DNA from: a virus
Strand: one strand, 5' to 3'
DNA: 64,000 nt
Virus record (IMG/VR): IMGVR_UViG_3300037322_000275
Location: 1-64,000 of that record
Shown here: positions 39,086 to 49,381 of the stretch, one piece after another
Numbering within the stretch: the first letter of the stretch is position 1
Layout: each line of letters begins with the position of its first letter
The notes under the pieces: generated by a model
Told to the model about the DNA's origin: nothing
Seen by the model: the letters and a program-made list of their open reading frames with translations, nothing else
Database searches by the model: none
Program-made: the position numbers and the translations under genes

Positions 39086-39640
39086 TTATTCATTGTTTTT
39101 TGCAATTAACTTGCACATATTTATAAAATATTCGTTATTATAAATTCTTTTCATCATATTTATATCCTTATGAACCCACTGTACATTATTTTCAGTATAA
39201 CCAAGAGAAGAATCTATTCTATCTAAAGAGGCTGTATAAGATTTGTCGGAATTTATTATTGGAAATTTTATTTCCATACCACTTAATTTGCATTTTTTGT
39301 TTTGAGATAAAAATAAATTCCATGCAAATTCCTTTGTAATTAAAAGATCTACAGAAGATCTTCTTCCTTTTTCTCCAGTTGCACTTCTTACAATGTGATG
39401 GTTCCAAAAACTTCCAGATATTTCTCCAATACCAGACCAATTATTTGATTGGTTTCCTTTTTTGTTAGCACAACCGCAAGATATTGTAGATCCTTGTCTT
39501 AAATGCGTTAAAAGAACATTAGTTTTATTTCCACATTCACAATGACAAACATACCTGTAATGACCGTTTCTTGTTTTGGAATGTTCTTCAATTACTGTTA
39601 ACTTATTATACACTTGACTAATAGGATTTATCTTTTTCAT
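39086..39640 (-). CDS. Free-standing HNH homing endonuclease
   Basis: CHCECG...SCGC N-terminal domain; CKLSG and SLDRIDSSLGYTENNVQWVHKDINMMK. Confidence 0.88.
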   Translation of the reverse strand: MKKINPISQVYNKLTVIEEHSKTRNGHYRYVCHCECGNKTNVLLTHLRQGSTISCGCANKKGNQSNNWSGIGEISGSFWNHHIVRSATGEKGRRSSVDLLITKEFAWNLFLSQNKKCKLSGMEIKFPIINSDKSYTASLDRIDSSLGYTENNVQWVHKDINMMKRIYNNEYFINMCKLIAKNNE

Positions 39641-39658
39641 ATATTATATATTTAACTT

Positions 39659-39689
39659 ACAATATACAAAAAAGATTTCACAAATCCTA
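39659..39689 (-). promoter_or_regulatory. Candidate promoter of the HNH gene (TAGG-N19-TATATTGT)
   Basis: Same architecture and spacing as the other sites; variant -7 element. Confidence 0.55.
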
Positions 39690-39725
39690 ATTATTTCACA
39701 TTTATTTTATATGTTACTAGTGTTA

Positions 39726-41588
39726 TTAAATTTCACAACCATTTGGTCCTCCACAAGCTAAGTTATCTGCAAGTACAGTGTTGTCTTCAATTTCTACAAC
39801 TTTAGTTAAATCAACATCTTTCAATGTTTTCATCATATTGTCGTATACTTCTTTAGTACAATCTTCAAATGGAGTTTGTTTATACGTACCACCATTGTAA
39901 GGTAATACAGATAAACCATTATAGTAATCTTTATTTACCCACATCCATTCTCCTACAATTTTCCATTCATCAGGTCTAACAGATACTGTACATGATACAT
40001 TATGAGTGTTTTGACCTTTTAAATGACCATTTTTAACCCATTCTTTAGAAATTAATTTTACTCTTTCTAATGAATCAATTGTAGATTCATATCTTGTTAT
40101 TGCACCTACAGGAGCTTTCTGAGGAACTGTTATAACAGCTGTTGTTTGAGGACTAAAGTATTCATCTTCAACTAATTCTGGGTGATTCAAACTTAAATAT
40201 TGATAAATACTCTCGTTCTTTGCAACCCTCATTCTTCTTAAATAATAATCATTATGCCAAGCATGAATACCTGAAGACGAACCTACAACTAAAGATGTAG
40301 TTCCTGCAGGTTTTACAGCAGTTGTTCTTGTAGCTTGATTAATATTTAGTTCTAATGCAAGTGCTTTGTTTTGTTCAATAACAATTTCAGTAGCTTCTTT
40401 ATAATTTAGTGTTAAATTATATTCTGAAGCAATACCTGTCATTGACACACCTAATAAAGCATCTTTTTCTGTATTTTTTCTCCATATATCACGAAGATAA
40501 TGAAAATCTGTATACGAAGCTTGTAAGGTAGCTATAAAAGAAGCTGCCTGAGCTCTACTGTTTAAGTCTTCTTGAGATTCAATATTTGACATATTAATTT
40601 CTACAAGATTACAGAATTGATTTGGTCTAAGTGCAATTTCACAACAAGGGTTTGTTCCCCAGTCTTTATCATTAGTTAGATAAATTCCTGGTTCACCACT
40701 ACCTGATGCTTCAATTCTTTCCCAGACCTTATCAAATGTTTTTTTGTCAATTTTATGACGTAGCAACGTAACAGAATTATTTGAACGACCTCTTTGTGGA
40801 TTGTTTTCCCACCAATTACCAGCTTTACAATTTAACATTGCATCACTATCTAGATCAAACAAACTAATCATTGCAGCTCTACGAATTCCACCTGCTAATA
40901 CTGCATCTGCAATATGACACTGAATGTCATGACACTGAATATCTGTTAACCTTGTTCCTGTTTCTTTTTCTCTAAGTATTGCTTCAATTTTAACTAAAGC
41001 AATTCTTAAAGGTTCAGGTCCTGGTGCTTTACCACCTGCTGTTACAAGTACTGCGCCCTTAGGTCTAATATCTGATAAATCAAAGTTTACATGTTGTCTT
41101 ATACCACCTGTATAAGATTTAAACAACATTTTTATTGCATCTGCCCAACCAATAATACTATCCTGAACAACATATCTTTTATTTTTTTGATAATCAGGCA
41201 ATCTTATCTCTGGTAATTTTTCTATATGATGATTTTGGACACTATATCCCACACCTGTACCACCCAATAGCAAAAACATCGTTTCACTGAAACTGTGAAT
41301 GCTATCAACTGGTAAAAAAGCACAATTATAGATTCTTGCATTGTTTAATTCTATTGCTCTACCACCAAACTGCAATGAACGCATTGAAGGTAGTACCTTT
41401 TTTGTTATTACATATTCTTTATAAATTTTTTCAATATTTGATTTAAGTTTTGGATATTTTTTAATATGCATCTTCATGTTTCTATCTACTAATTCTTCCC
41501 AAGTTTCCCTCCTTTCTTTGTGAGGTAAAAACTTTGCGTATTTTGTGTAAATAGTAATTTCTGACAGTATTTTTTTATCTAATTCCAA
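39726..41588 (-). CDS. nrdJ: Class II (adenosylcobalamin-dependent) ribonucleotide reductase
   Basis: YNCAF, GGIRRAAMI, TNPCCEI, VKPAGTTS, C-terminal CGGPNGCEI; no nrdB nearby. Confidence 0.88.
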   Translation of the reverse strand: MELDKKILSEITIYTKYAKFLPHKERRETWEELVDRNMKMHIKKYPKLKSNIEKIYKEYVITKKVLPSMRSLQFGGRAIELNNARIYNCAFLPVDSIHSFSETMFLLLGGTGVGYSVQNHHIEKLPEIRLPDYQKNKRYVVQDSIIGWADAIKMLFKSYTGGIRQHVNFDLSDIRPKGAVLVTAGGKAPGPEPLRIALVKIEAILREKETGTRLTDIQCHDIQCHIADAVLAGGIRRAAMISLFDLDSDAMLNCKAGNWWENNPQRGRSNNSVTLLRHKIDKKTFDKVWERIEASGSGEPGIYLTNDKDWGTNPCCEIALRPNQFCNLVEINMSNIESQEDLNSRAQAASFIATLQASYTDFHYLRDIWRKNTEKDALLGVSMTGIASEYNLTLNYKEATEIVIEQNKALALELNINQATRTTAVKPAGTTSLVVGSSSGIHAWHNDYYLRRMRVAKNESIYQYLSLNHPELVEDEYFSPQTTAVITVPQKAPVGAITRYESTIDSLERVKLISKEWVKNGHLKGQNTHNVSCTVSVRPDEWKIVGEWMWVNKDYYNGLSVLPYNGGTYKQTPFEDCTKEVYDNMMKTLKDVDLTKVVEIEDNTVLADNLACGGPNGCEI

Positions 41589-41606
41589 ATATTTTGTTTT
41601 AATTTA

Positions 41607-42164
41607 TTATTTTGTGACAACATAGTCACTTTCTCTAAACGTTTCATTTTTGAGTTCTATAAACTCTCCTAATTCTTGATCTACATTAAGTTTAACTCCT
41701 AATCCTAGTTCTATTTCTTTTTTGAGTTTTTCTTCTTTGTATAAAATTTGTTTTAACTTGACTAAAAATTTAATACCTAACGGATTGCCAGAATATACTT
41801 GTCCCCAAAATCTTAAAATCAGTTGTTTTGCATCTGTTTTAAATTCTGAGTATTTACTGTTTTTTAAACAGTAATATTCATGCAAGTATTCTTCTGGAAA
41901 TTTAAATATATAGAGAACTTTATTTCCTAAATCTATGTTTTTTACAAACAGCTCGTTATTTGTGAGCTTGTTTTCATAATGTGTAAACTTAGGATCTTTA
42001 AAGTTAAATTCATATAGTAAACAAAAACAATCTAAATGCTTGCTTTTTTCAACAAACATATAGGTGTTAATTAAAGACGACATGAATTTTATATCTAAAT
42101 CTAAAACTTCCGACATCAAAGGTAATAGATACGACTTTGATTTAGTGTATTTTTTTTTATTCAT
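41607..42164 (-). CDS. Hypothetical protein
   Basis: 185-aa ORF coupled to the exonuclease gene. Confidence 0.65.
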   Translation of the reverse strand: MNKKKYTKSKSYLLPLMSEVLDLDIKFMSSLINTYMFVEKSKHLDCFCLLYEFNFKDPKFTHYENKLTNNELFVKNIDLGNKVLYIFKFPEEYLHEYYCLKNSKYSEFKTDAKQLILRFWGQVYSGNPLGIKFLVKLKQILYKEEKLKKEIELGLGVKLNVDQELGEFIELKNETFRESDYVVTK

Positions 42165-43201
42165 TAATTTACTTCTATAAAATCATCATTTAACATTAGG
42201 TTTCCATTACTTTGATAAACTTCTTGACTAAAGTCGTAAAGTTTATTTTTCCAATGATAATAAATTAAGTCAAGATTTTCATCAAGTCCTTTATATTTAT
42301 AACCCGCCTTAGTTGTAAAACCATTAATTGCCGCATTATGCCATTTATCACCTATTTCAAATACGTGAGGAACTTTTTCACCTCTACCTATGAATATAAA
42401 TTTAAATGGTGCAAGTTGGTAATTAATTAAATCTAACTTTCTACAAATACTATCAAATGCTTTAACATATACTGCTTCTTGAAAATAGTAACAATATTTT
42501 ATAAAACTTTTGGTAAATTCGTCAGCTCTTGAAGATCCTGTCTTAATGTCTTCCATATAAACAATTTTATTTGAATGATCTATTGACATTTTGTCAATGA
42601 TTCCTCTTAATGTAAAATTCTTGTATTCATATGTAAACGTGTATTGATAGTGATTTTCAAAAGTATTGTTGAACAAATGCGTTGTGTGTTTGTGATTCAG
42701 TAATAAACTTACACATTCTTGAGCATCATCATTTTCCCTTTGAGTAACTACAACTTTATCTCTGATTTCAGATTTTATTTTAACATAATTCCAAAATTCT
42801 GGTAAATCAAATTTCTTAATTAAAGTTTCATCTAGTTTGATGTTACTCCAAAAAGCATTATGTTTTACAATCTTTAGAATTGTTTCTTTATCTGGTACAG
42901 TGTCATAGTTTTCTAAAACAATATCACATAACGAACCTAATGTTGCTGTTGGCTTGTTATCATCATAGATAACATATGTTTCTTTAAAAACATTATTTCC
43001 TGTAACTCTATCTACTAATAGATCATCACATAGTGAACCAAACCTTAATCCATTTCCATCTGGATTAGATGGTCTAATTAAAGCCTTAGGTCCATTTCTA
43101 TCAAAATCACTAATTCGTGAATAAGAGAGCTTTAAATCAATTTGCTCTTCTTTATTGAGTAATTGACTTAATTTGTTTTCTTCTGTATTTTCTATTTCCA
43201 T
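42164..43201 (-). CDS. PD-(D/E)xK exonuclease (RecE/RecB-like)
   Basis: LSYS, RGIIDKM..MEDIKTG, YYFQEAVY. Confidence 0.85.
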   Translation of the reverse strand: MEIENTEENKLSQLLNKEEQIDLKLSYSRISDFDRNGPKALIRPSNPDGNGLRFGSLCDDLLVDRVTGNNVFKETYVIYDDNKPTATLGSLCDIVLENYDTVPDKETILKIVKHNAFWSNIKLDETLIKKFDLPEFWNYVKIKSEIRDKVVVTQRENDDAQECVSLLLNHKHTTHLFNNTFENHYQYTFTYEYKNFTLRGIIDKMSIDHSNKIVYMEDIKTGSSRADEFTKSFIKYCYYFQEAVYVKAFDSICRKLDLINYQLAPFKFIFIGRGEKVPHVFEIGDKWHNAAINGFTTKAGYKYKGLDENLDLIYYHWKNKLYDFSQEVYQSNGNLMLNDDFIEVN

Positions 43202-43454
43202 TTATTACAATTAGTTCAATTACAATGTCCATTAAACTATCTATTTTTTTGTACTGAACTATAGATGTACCATTGTCATATAGAAACTCTTCTTTTTCTA
43301 AACTATTTTCAAATTTTTCATTAATATAATCTAAAAACAAACGAGCTTCATTGTATTTATTATTAATAATATTACCAATAAATCTAATGTACTCTTTTTC
43401 AGTAAATATAAAAATTGATAACTCTTTAATTCTTTGTAATTGTTTTTTTTTCAT
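43152..43454 (-). CDS. Hypothetical protein
   Basis: 100-aa ORF within the operon. Confidence 0.55.
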   Translation of the reverse strand: MKKKQLQRIKELSIFIFTEKEYIRFIGNIINNKYNEARLFLDYINEKFENSLEKEEFLYDNGTSIVQYKKIDSLMDIVIELIVINGNRKYRRKQIKSITQ

Positions 43455-43456
43455 TT

Positions 43457-43897
43457 TTAATTTATTTTAATCCAGACTCCTGGATTTTCTTTATCAATAC
43501 TATATGCATTATTTTCTATTTTTAAAGCATAAGGTAAAACACAATCCATATTATCATCATCAATAATATTATGTGCTGTAAGTAAATCTAAAATAATTTG
43601 AACAATATTATGAAAATCAATTTTTCTTCTGCTATCTCTAACAAAATGAAAACCTATTTCTAGAGGTAACACTTTTCCTTTGATGTTTTTTTCAAACTGT
43701 GTTCTCAATTGTTCAATTAAGTTAGGTCTATTTACGTAACCCTTTACTTCTTGTTTACTTGAAGAATACGATTGTATTCCTAATTTTGTAATGTAAGCTT
43801 TAGAAGTCTTAGACATAAAACTCCCACGACTTGTGTTTATTCTGCTATTTTTTGAAGATGGTACATTAAAAGGTATCCATATTAAGTTGTCATTCAT
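43457..43897 (-). CDS. RusA-like Holliday junction resolvase
   Basis: VPSSKN, RRKIDFHN..Q...D.L....IIDDDN. Confidence 0.75.
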   Translation of the reverse strand: MNDNLIWIPFNVPSSKNSRINTSRGSFMSKTSKAYITKLGIQSYSSSKQEVKGYVNRPNLIEQLRTQFEKNIKGKVLPLEIGFHFVRDSRRKIDFHNIVQIILDLLTAHNIIDDDNMDCVLPYALKIENNAYSIDKENPGVWIKIN

Positions 43898-43919
43898 ACT
43901 GATTATTATTATATTTCTA

Positions 43920-43950
43920 CAAATATAATCAATATAAATGACAATTCCTA
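43920..43950 (-). promoter_or_regulatory. Promoter (TAGG-N19-TATATTTG)
   Basis: Exact TAnnTTTG with upstream TAGGAATT and a 19-nt spacer. Confidence 0.75.
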
Positions 43951-43966
43951 ATATTTAATGACTTAA

Positions 43967-44653
43967 TTACCAGATAATTTCTCTAATACCGTCAGATCTT
44001 AATATACTGTTTACTTGATTAAAAATATTGTTTGTATTACAAAGTTCTTTTTCAGTATTTTCAAAAACATAGTGTTTCTTATTGTCAATGTACTTTTTAA
44101 AATGTTCATTACCTTGTTCTAAAAACAAAAATACAATGTTTTCTTTTTCTTCATTAATTGTGTATATAAACTGTCTTACAAAGTTTTTCCAATATTCAGA
44201 ATGATCTTCACCAAATTTCCATGTTAAAGAAGTATTTAGCATTAGAACACCTTGGTTAGCCCACCATTTCATAGTATTGTCAAATTCCTGTGTGTCTTCA
44301 TAAACTGTATCATTTACACAATTTATGATTTTTTTGTTTATGTCAGGAATTATTTGATTTAAATGTACATCAGAAACACCATAAGCTAAACCGTTTGTTA
44401 AATATGTAGGTCTTAAACCAAAACATACAACTTTTAGTTTATCAAAAGGAGTTTTTCTAAAACAATTAAACAACTCTTCTTTCTTTGGATACACATTAAC
44501 ATGATTTTTGTAATATTCATCTATAAAGACAGCAAGATTATTCATATAAGAAGTACAAAGAAGATTTTTAGACAACGGTTTTGCCCAATCTTTCAGCAGT
44601 ACACTGTAATTTGATTTAAATACAGAAGTTTCTAATTTGTGTTCTATTTCCAT
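43967..44653 (-). CDS. Family-1 uracil-DNA glycosylase homolog with degenerate active site
   Basis: VYP...LF..F..TPFDKLKVV, NGLAYG, WANQGVLMLNTSLT; GQDP is replaced by GLRP and HPSP is absent. Confidence 0.85.
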   Translation of the reverse strand: MEIEHKLETSVFKSNYSVLLKDWAKPLSKNLLCTSYMNNLAVFIDEYYKNHVNVYPKKEELFNCFRKTPFDKLKVVCFGLRPTYLTNGLAYGVSDVHLNQIIPDINKKIINCVNDTVYEDTQEFDNTMKWWANQGVLMLNTSLTWKFGEDHSEYWKNFVRQFIYTINEEKENIVFLFLEQGNEHFKKYIDNKKHYVFENTEKELCNTNNIFNQVNSILRSDGIREIIW

Positions 44654-44661
44654 AATTAATA

Positions 44662-46500
44662 TTAAATTGTTTCAGAGTCTAAAGCTAGTGGAGAATCAAC
44701 AAAAAGTGATGCTGCTTGATCTGAAAAACCCATAGAAACTAAAGAAGTTTTTCTGGATTTTTGAGATTTCGCACTACTTTGTATGTAGGACGTGAACTCA
44801 TCACTTTCTAATGGTTCATTAGTATTTAAAGATTGTTTAGGATCATAAATACCTGTAAAAAAGTTATTATCTTTTTTACGAACTTCTGTAGGTGTTTCAT
44901 ATCCTGTAGATTTTTCATAATTTAAACCTATAAATCCAATATAATCAGAACCCTTTGAAGAAATATAATTTGAATAATCTGTTTTAGAATAAAAATCTTT
45001 AGAGTCTTTCCAATTAATAAGTCCTCCATTTTTTATTTTTGATTCATCACCAAGGACAAGTCCATGTTTGTTTTGTGATTCTGTGGAAATTCTTCTGTTC
45101 TGCAAGTATTTAAAAAGTGATTTTCTTAAATAACTTTTTGCAATACCATTAGACAAAGAAATATCTATAATTGAAAATATACCTTTTCTTCCGTCAAAAA
45201 AGTTTTTATCTTCTAAAATCTGATTTTGATATTTTTTTACAAAATTAACTAGAATAGAATTTAACAAAATAAAACTTATAATTTTGTCTATATCATATGT
45301 TGGTGTATGAATTCTAAATTCAATTGTTGTTTTGTTTCCAAAAATTAAAGGAATCAAGTTGTGTATGTGATATCTTGTATGCACATTCCATTTTTGAGAA
45401 CCTTGTGGATCTCTTGGATGAACAGATACATTATCTAAGTTACAACCTACCTCATTAAAACTTTGACCTTCTGACAAATATTGATATAAAACATTAAAGT
45501 TTTGATCAATGTTTGTTGGCGTAATTTGAGTATCTAATTTAGAAACTAAAGAATACGCAGGATAAGGTGCAGAATAGTTCTTGTTTTTTAAACCAAAGTT
45601 ATACTTTTTGTAGATTGGAAAATAAGAAAACATTTCATCTTGTATTTCACAAGTAAACTTAAAAAATGCAAGAATAAATTCCTTTGTTCTTGGTATGTTT
45701 CCTAAATGTAAATGTAAGGAACAAGTGTCATCAAATGTTGTTTTTTCATTTAAGATTTCTAATTGGTCAACAACTGTTTGAAGACCTTTTTCACCTCTTA
45801 ATGGAATTGTAACATATTCAATACCTGAAATAGAACCATCTCTTAAGGGAATTAGTCCTACTCTATCTGTAATTCTTTTAGGTATAAATCCTTTAACTGT
45901 CTCAAATTCTAAACCAAAACTTAAATCTTCTAAAACATTTCCATATTTTTTGATATCTTCTGAAATAACACCATCATACAAGTTGTTATAAATCTCTGAA
46001 TAATGAGAAATAAGACCCTTTGAGTCATAAGGTAAACTTGTCTTATATTCAGATCTTGGTGTTGAAATTCTTCCAAATTCTCTTGCTTGTAATCTAGAAA
46101 TGTGGTAGAAGTTACCATCTGCAAGTCTTTCTCTATAGAAATTATTGTTTTTTAAGGAATCCGCATCAAACAGTAATTTTTGTTCTCCGTTTTCTAACGT
46201 TATCACAGATAGTGTTTCTTCTTGTTTAAAGTAACCTTCAACTAAAGAACCGTCTTCATTCACACAAACAATACCTTTTGTTAAGTGAGGTGTTAAAACG
46301 TCGTAACTGTTGATTGTAAAGTTATAGACAATAGAATCAACACCTAAAATTCGATACTTGTTTTTTACTAAATAACAATCTCCTGAATTTTCAATTAATG
46401 GGTCTCCTACTTTGTAGTAGTTTCCATTAATAAGTCTACAGTCTTGTGCTAATTCAGTATTTCCTAGAGGTGTAATCACTCTCTTTTGTTTATCTTTCAT
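44662..46500 (-). CDS. Putative amidoligase (COOH-NH2 ligase)
   Basis: FGLEFET, DGSISGIEYVT, CSLHLHLG, RY, TIEFR; start moved to MKDKQ. Confidence 0.85.
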   Translation of the reverse strand: MKDKQKRVITPLGNTELAQDCRLINGNYYKVGDPLIENSGDCYLVKNKYRILGVDSIVYNFTINSYDVLTPHLTKGIVCVNEDGSLVEGYFKQEETLSVITLENGEQKLLFDADSLKNNNFYRERLADGNFYHISRLQAREFGRISTPRSEYKTSLPYDSKGLISHYSEIYNNLYDGVISEDIKKYGNVLEDLSFGLEFETVKGFIPKRITDRVGLIPLRDGSISGIEYVTIPLRGEKGLQTVVDQLEILNEKTTFDDTCSLHLHLGNIPRTKEFILAFFKFTCEIQDEMFSYFPIYKKYNFGLKNKNYSAPYPAYSLVSKLDTQITPTNIDQNFNVLYQYLSEGQSFNEVGCNLDNVSVHPRDPQGSQKWNVHTRYHIHNLIPLIFGNKTTIEFRIHTPTYDIDKIISFILLNSILVNFVKKYQNQILEDKNFFDGRKGIFSIIDISLSNGIAKSYLRKSLFKYLQNRRISTESQNKHGLVLGDESKIKNGGLINWKDSKDFYSKTDYSNYISSKGSDYIGFIGLNYEKSTGYETPTEVRKKDNNFFTGIYDPKQSLNTNEPLESDEFTSYIQSSAKSQKSRKTSLVSMGFSDQAASLFVDSPLALDSETI

Positions 46501-46520
46501 ACTTTTTAGTAAGTTTTTTA

Positions 46521-48551
46521 TTATTTTAATATAAGTGACGAAATACAATCTACAATTTGTTCTAGTATAACTATACATTCTTGTGCTTTTTCGTTTTCTC
46601 GGTAATCTTGTAAAGACTTCTTTAAATCTATTATTTCTTGAATAGGCTCTGTTAGAGATTCTCCAATTAATTCCAGTATAAAGTCATCCGTTTCTTTATT
46701 ATTGTTAATCTCAGTACTTCCTGAGTCATGTAAACTTTTTAGGAAAGCTTCATCGTTTTGAGCAAGAACTTCTTTCTTTTCTATTTCATTTTCTTTAACA
46801 GTAATTGTTTCTTCAATTGTCAAAATGTTATTTATTGCTTTTTTTATTATAGGATTTTCTTTAGCAAAACTAATTGGAAGTTGAATCACACTTGCTTCTT
46901 TCTTTATAAAAGGAAATTTAACATCTTCTCTGATTACAATTTTGGTAAGTATACCTTTTTCAATAGAATATATTTTTTCACCACCTAAATAACAAACACC
47001 ACCATTTAATGTGTTTGCAGGTTCACCATTAAACAAGATTTTAGATTCTGCACTTGTCTTGTCATTACCTTTGGTAATGTTAATAACAGGATGTTTTGAA
47101 ACATAAGAAAGTTCTCTAAAACTTAAATACTCACCAGCTTTTAAAATTGCTTTTTTGTGATGCATTACAGAATAATCAATTGCAGATTTCATCATAACAC
47201 CTTCAACAAAATAAAAATATGCAGGATTCTTAGATCCATTTTTGTAAGGAATAAAGTCTGTACTTTCTGTTTTTACAGCATTAAATGAGTTTTTTTCTGC
47301 ATTAAAGAATAAACCTTTGTACCATTCAATTTCTTTATCTGCATTAGATATTGTTTGAGAAATGTGTTTAAAACCAAAGTTTTTAATGTAAGTGTAAATT
47401 CCATTTATACTGTGTCCATTTGAATAGTATCTAAATTTATTAAAGTAAATACGTGAACCATAATCTGAAGTATCTTTTATTGTTTTTTCGTTGTGAATAT
47501 TCAAGTCATTTTCAGATCTTAAAGAAGGAAAGTTTTGAACGTATTCGTTTCTTTTGTTTGCTCTAGCATTGTTGTAATTAACAGAATCATTGTAACCATC
47601 GTTATCATAAAATCTTTCATCACAATGACTGAAGTTTTGATTTAAATTTGTAGGTGCCTTATAATTAGCATACGTTTGATTTTGTGTTATTTTTTCTCTA
47701 CTAATTTTCCAAGTCTGTGCTTCTTTAAAATTACCATCAGTAACACAATAAACAACATTGTTTTCAATCTGAAATGAATTTTTATCATCAGCACCAATTG
47801 CTTGTAAACTATCTAAAAGTGAAGAAACAAACATGTTGTTTTTAGACTTTAAATAAACACACAAAGGTCTTTCTAGCTCTACTTTAGAATGCATGTAATC
47901 GTATTCCTTTGAAGCACCTGAAAATAAGTAAATTTTATTAGGTGCTGCAGTATAAGACCACACTAATGCTGCAGTTCCAACGTAGTCACTTAACACTCTA
48001 AAGTTTTGTTCTTTGTAAAGAATTTCAAGTAATACTTCACTATCTATTTTATCTCTTGTACTAACAGGAGTGCTGTAGTTGTCTATTTCCTTTAACTCTA
48101 TATTATACTTTTCAGCAAGTTCTTTATGATTCTTTAAAGTTCCATTATGTACACCTACAAATGCATATCCTCTATTGTGTTCCAGTTCACCAAAACCAAA
48201 GGGATGTGCATTATTTAAAGATATCGCATGTCCTGCACTTGCTTGTCTTGTATGACCTATAATGGTTGGAAAGTGTTTAGGTTTTAAATTTCTGTTTTTT
48301 ATAAAATCTGTATAAAGTTTATCTTGGTTTACACCATGATGTATTTCACCATCAAAAGTCACACCACATGAATTTTTACCTCGTTCTACATTATATATTC
48401 CTAGAATATTGAATTCAGAAGTAGATATTGAACTTGGCAATTTTGTTGCTTGTGCAAAAATTCCACAGTTTAACGTTAAATGTCTTGTTTTTGAAAACAA
48501 GTTTATCAAGATTTGTAAGAATGCAAATATTATTATTCCAAGTATTATCAT
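46521..48551 (-). CDS. Class II (Ntn) glutamine amidotransferase with hydrophobic leader
   Basis: CGIF at residue 29, RG..SCG, GHTRQAS, NAHPF, HNGTL, DSE. Confidence 0.88.
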   Translation of the reverse strand: MIILGIIIFAFLQILINLFSKTRHLTLNCGIFAQATKLPSSISTSEFNILGIYNVERGKNSCGVTFDGEIHHGVNQDKLYTDFIKNRNLKPKHFPTIIGHTRQASAGHAISLNNAHPFGFGELEHNRGYAFVGVHNGTLKNHKELAEKYNIELKEIDNYSTPVSTRDKIDSEVLLEILYKEQNFRVLSDYVGTAALVWSYTAAPNKIYLFSGASKEYDYMHSKVELERPLCVYLKSKNNMFVSSLLDSLQAIGADDKNSFQIENNVVYCVTDGNFKEAQTWKISREKITQNQTYANYKAPTNLNQNFSHCDERFYDNDGYNDSVNYNNARANKRNEYVQNFPSLRSENDLNIHNEKTIKDTSDYGSRIYFNKFRYYSNGHSINGIYTYIKNFGFKHISQTISNADKEIEWYKGLFFNAEKNSFNAVKTESTDFIPYKNGSKNPAYFYFVEGVMMKSAIDYSVMHHKKAILKAGEYLSFRELSYVSKHPVINITKGNDKTSAESKILFNGEPANTLNGGVCYLGGEKIYSIEKGILTKIVIREDVKFPFIKKEASVIQLPISFAKENPIIKKAINNILTIEETITVKENEIEKKEVLAQNDEAFLKSLHDSGSTEINNNKETDDFILELIGESLTEPIQEIIDLKKSLQDYRENEKAQECIVILEQIVDCISSLILK

Positions 48552-48573
48552 TGTTTTTTATTTTTATTTATTT

Positions 48574-49374
48574 TTATACTAATTCTGCAACTTTTGAAAG
48601 AGAAATTAAACTCAATAATTTAGTAGCTAACTCTCTATTGTTTGTGTTAATAGCTTCTACAATTTGATCTGCATACTGACTAGCAATATCTTTTACTTTA
48701 CCTGAATTAACTAATTCAATAGCTTCTAACGTAGAGTAATAAGCCCACGTAAGTAATTCATCATTTACAATCCAGAAGTTACTTAAAACACGGTATTCAA
48801 CACCAAAGTTTGTAAATCTAAAACAACCTGCTTTACCATACATTTCTTTTCTTCTGACATCACTATCTAAAAGAACAGATTGTAAACCTAAAACAATATC
48901 CATTGCTTTAATAAGTTCTTCTTGAACTTCCTCTGTAGGATCATCCCAACCTATTGCAATATGTCCACCTGCACTTCTTAAATTTAAAGAAGCATCTCCT
49001 GCGGGATTAACACTGTATGACCAAACATCAAAGTCAGGCTCACAACCAATTGCTTTTGCTTGATCTGAATCAAGTTGTTTGTCAGAAAGTATTGCAGATG
49101 CTGAAAAGTTTAGTTTACAGCCAATACCTGTAACAAATACATCTAAATAATCTTTTACAAAATTATGTTCTTTAATCCATTGTTGTAGACTATTACAAGG
49201 TGGAATATTATATTCTATTAAAACATTGTCTTCCTGTACTGCATGACCGAGATTTGTAATTTTACGAGGTTTATATTTTGTACCACCAATCAATCCTACA
49301 GAAGAGATAATTTCTCCATCTTTTTCTAAAAACATTTCTGGATCAGAACCTAAAGTTATATTTTTTATTTTCAT
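48574..49374 (-). CDS. phiEco32-like COOH-NH2 ligase type 2
   Basis: LGSDPEMF, IGGTK..P, QEDNV..EYN, GCEPDF, RSAGGHI, YGKAGCFR, GVEYRVLSNFW. Confidence 0.9.
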   Translation of the reverse strand: MKIKNITLGSDPEMFLEKDGEIISSVGLIGGTKYKPRKITNLGHAVQEDNVLIEYNIPPCNSLQQWIKEHNFVKDYLDVFVTGIGCKLNFSASAILSDKQLDSDQAKAIGCEPDFDVWSYSVNPAGDASLNLRSAGGHIAIGWDDPTEEVQEELIKAMDIVLGLQSVLLDSDVRRKEMYGKAGCFRFTNFGVEYRVLSNFWIVNDELLTWAYYSTLEAIELVNSGKVKDIASQYADQIVEAINTNNRELATKLLSLISLSKVAELV

Positions 49375-49381
49375 TTTTGAG

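Noticed and set aside
34773-41588. Introns or inteins in thyA or nrdJ; ThyA as a dCMP hydroxymethylase
   Set aside because: Both ORFs are continuous and of normal size with no intein termini; ThyA motifs are canonical
48465-48551. Lipoprotein signal on the amidotransferase
   Set aside because: The hydrophobic stretch is separated from the Cys by SKTRH, LTLN-C is a poor lipobox, and lipidation would block the nucleophile
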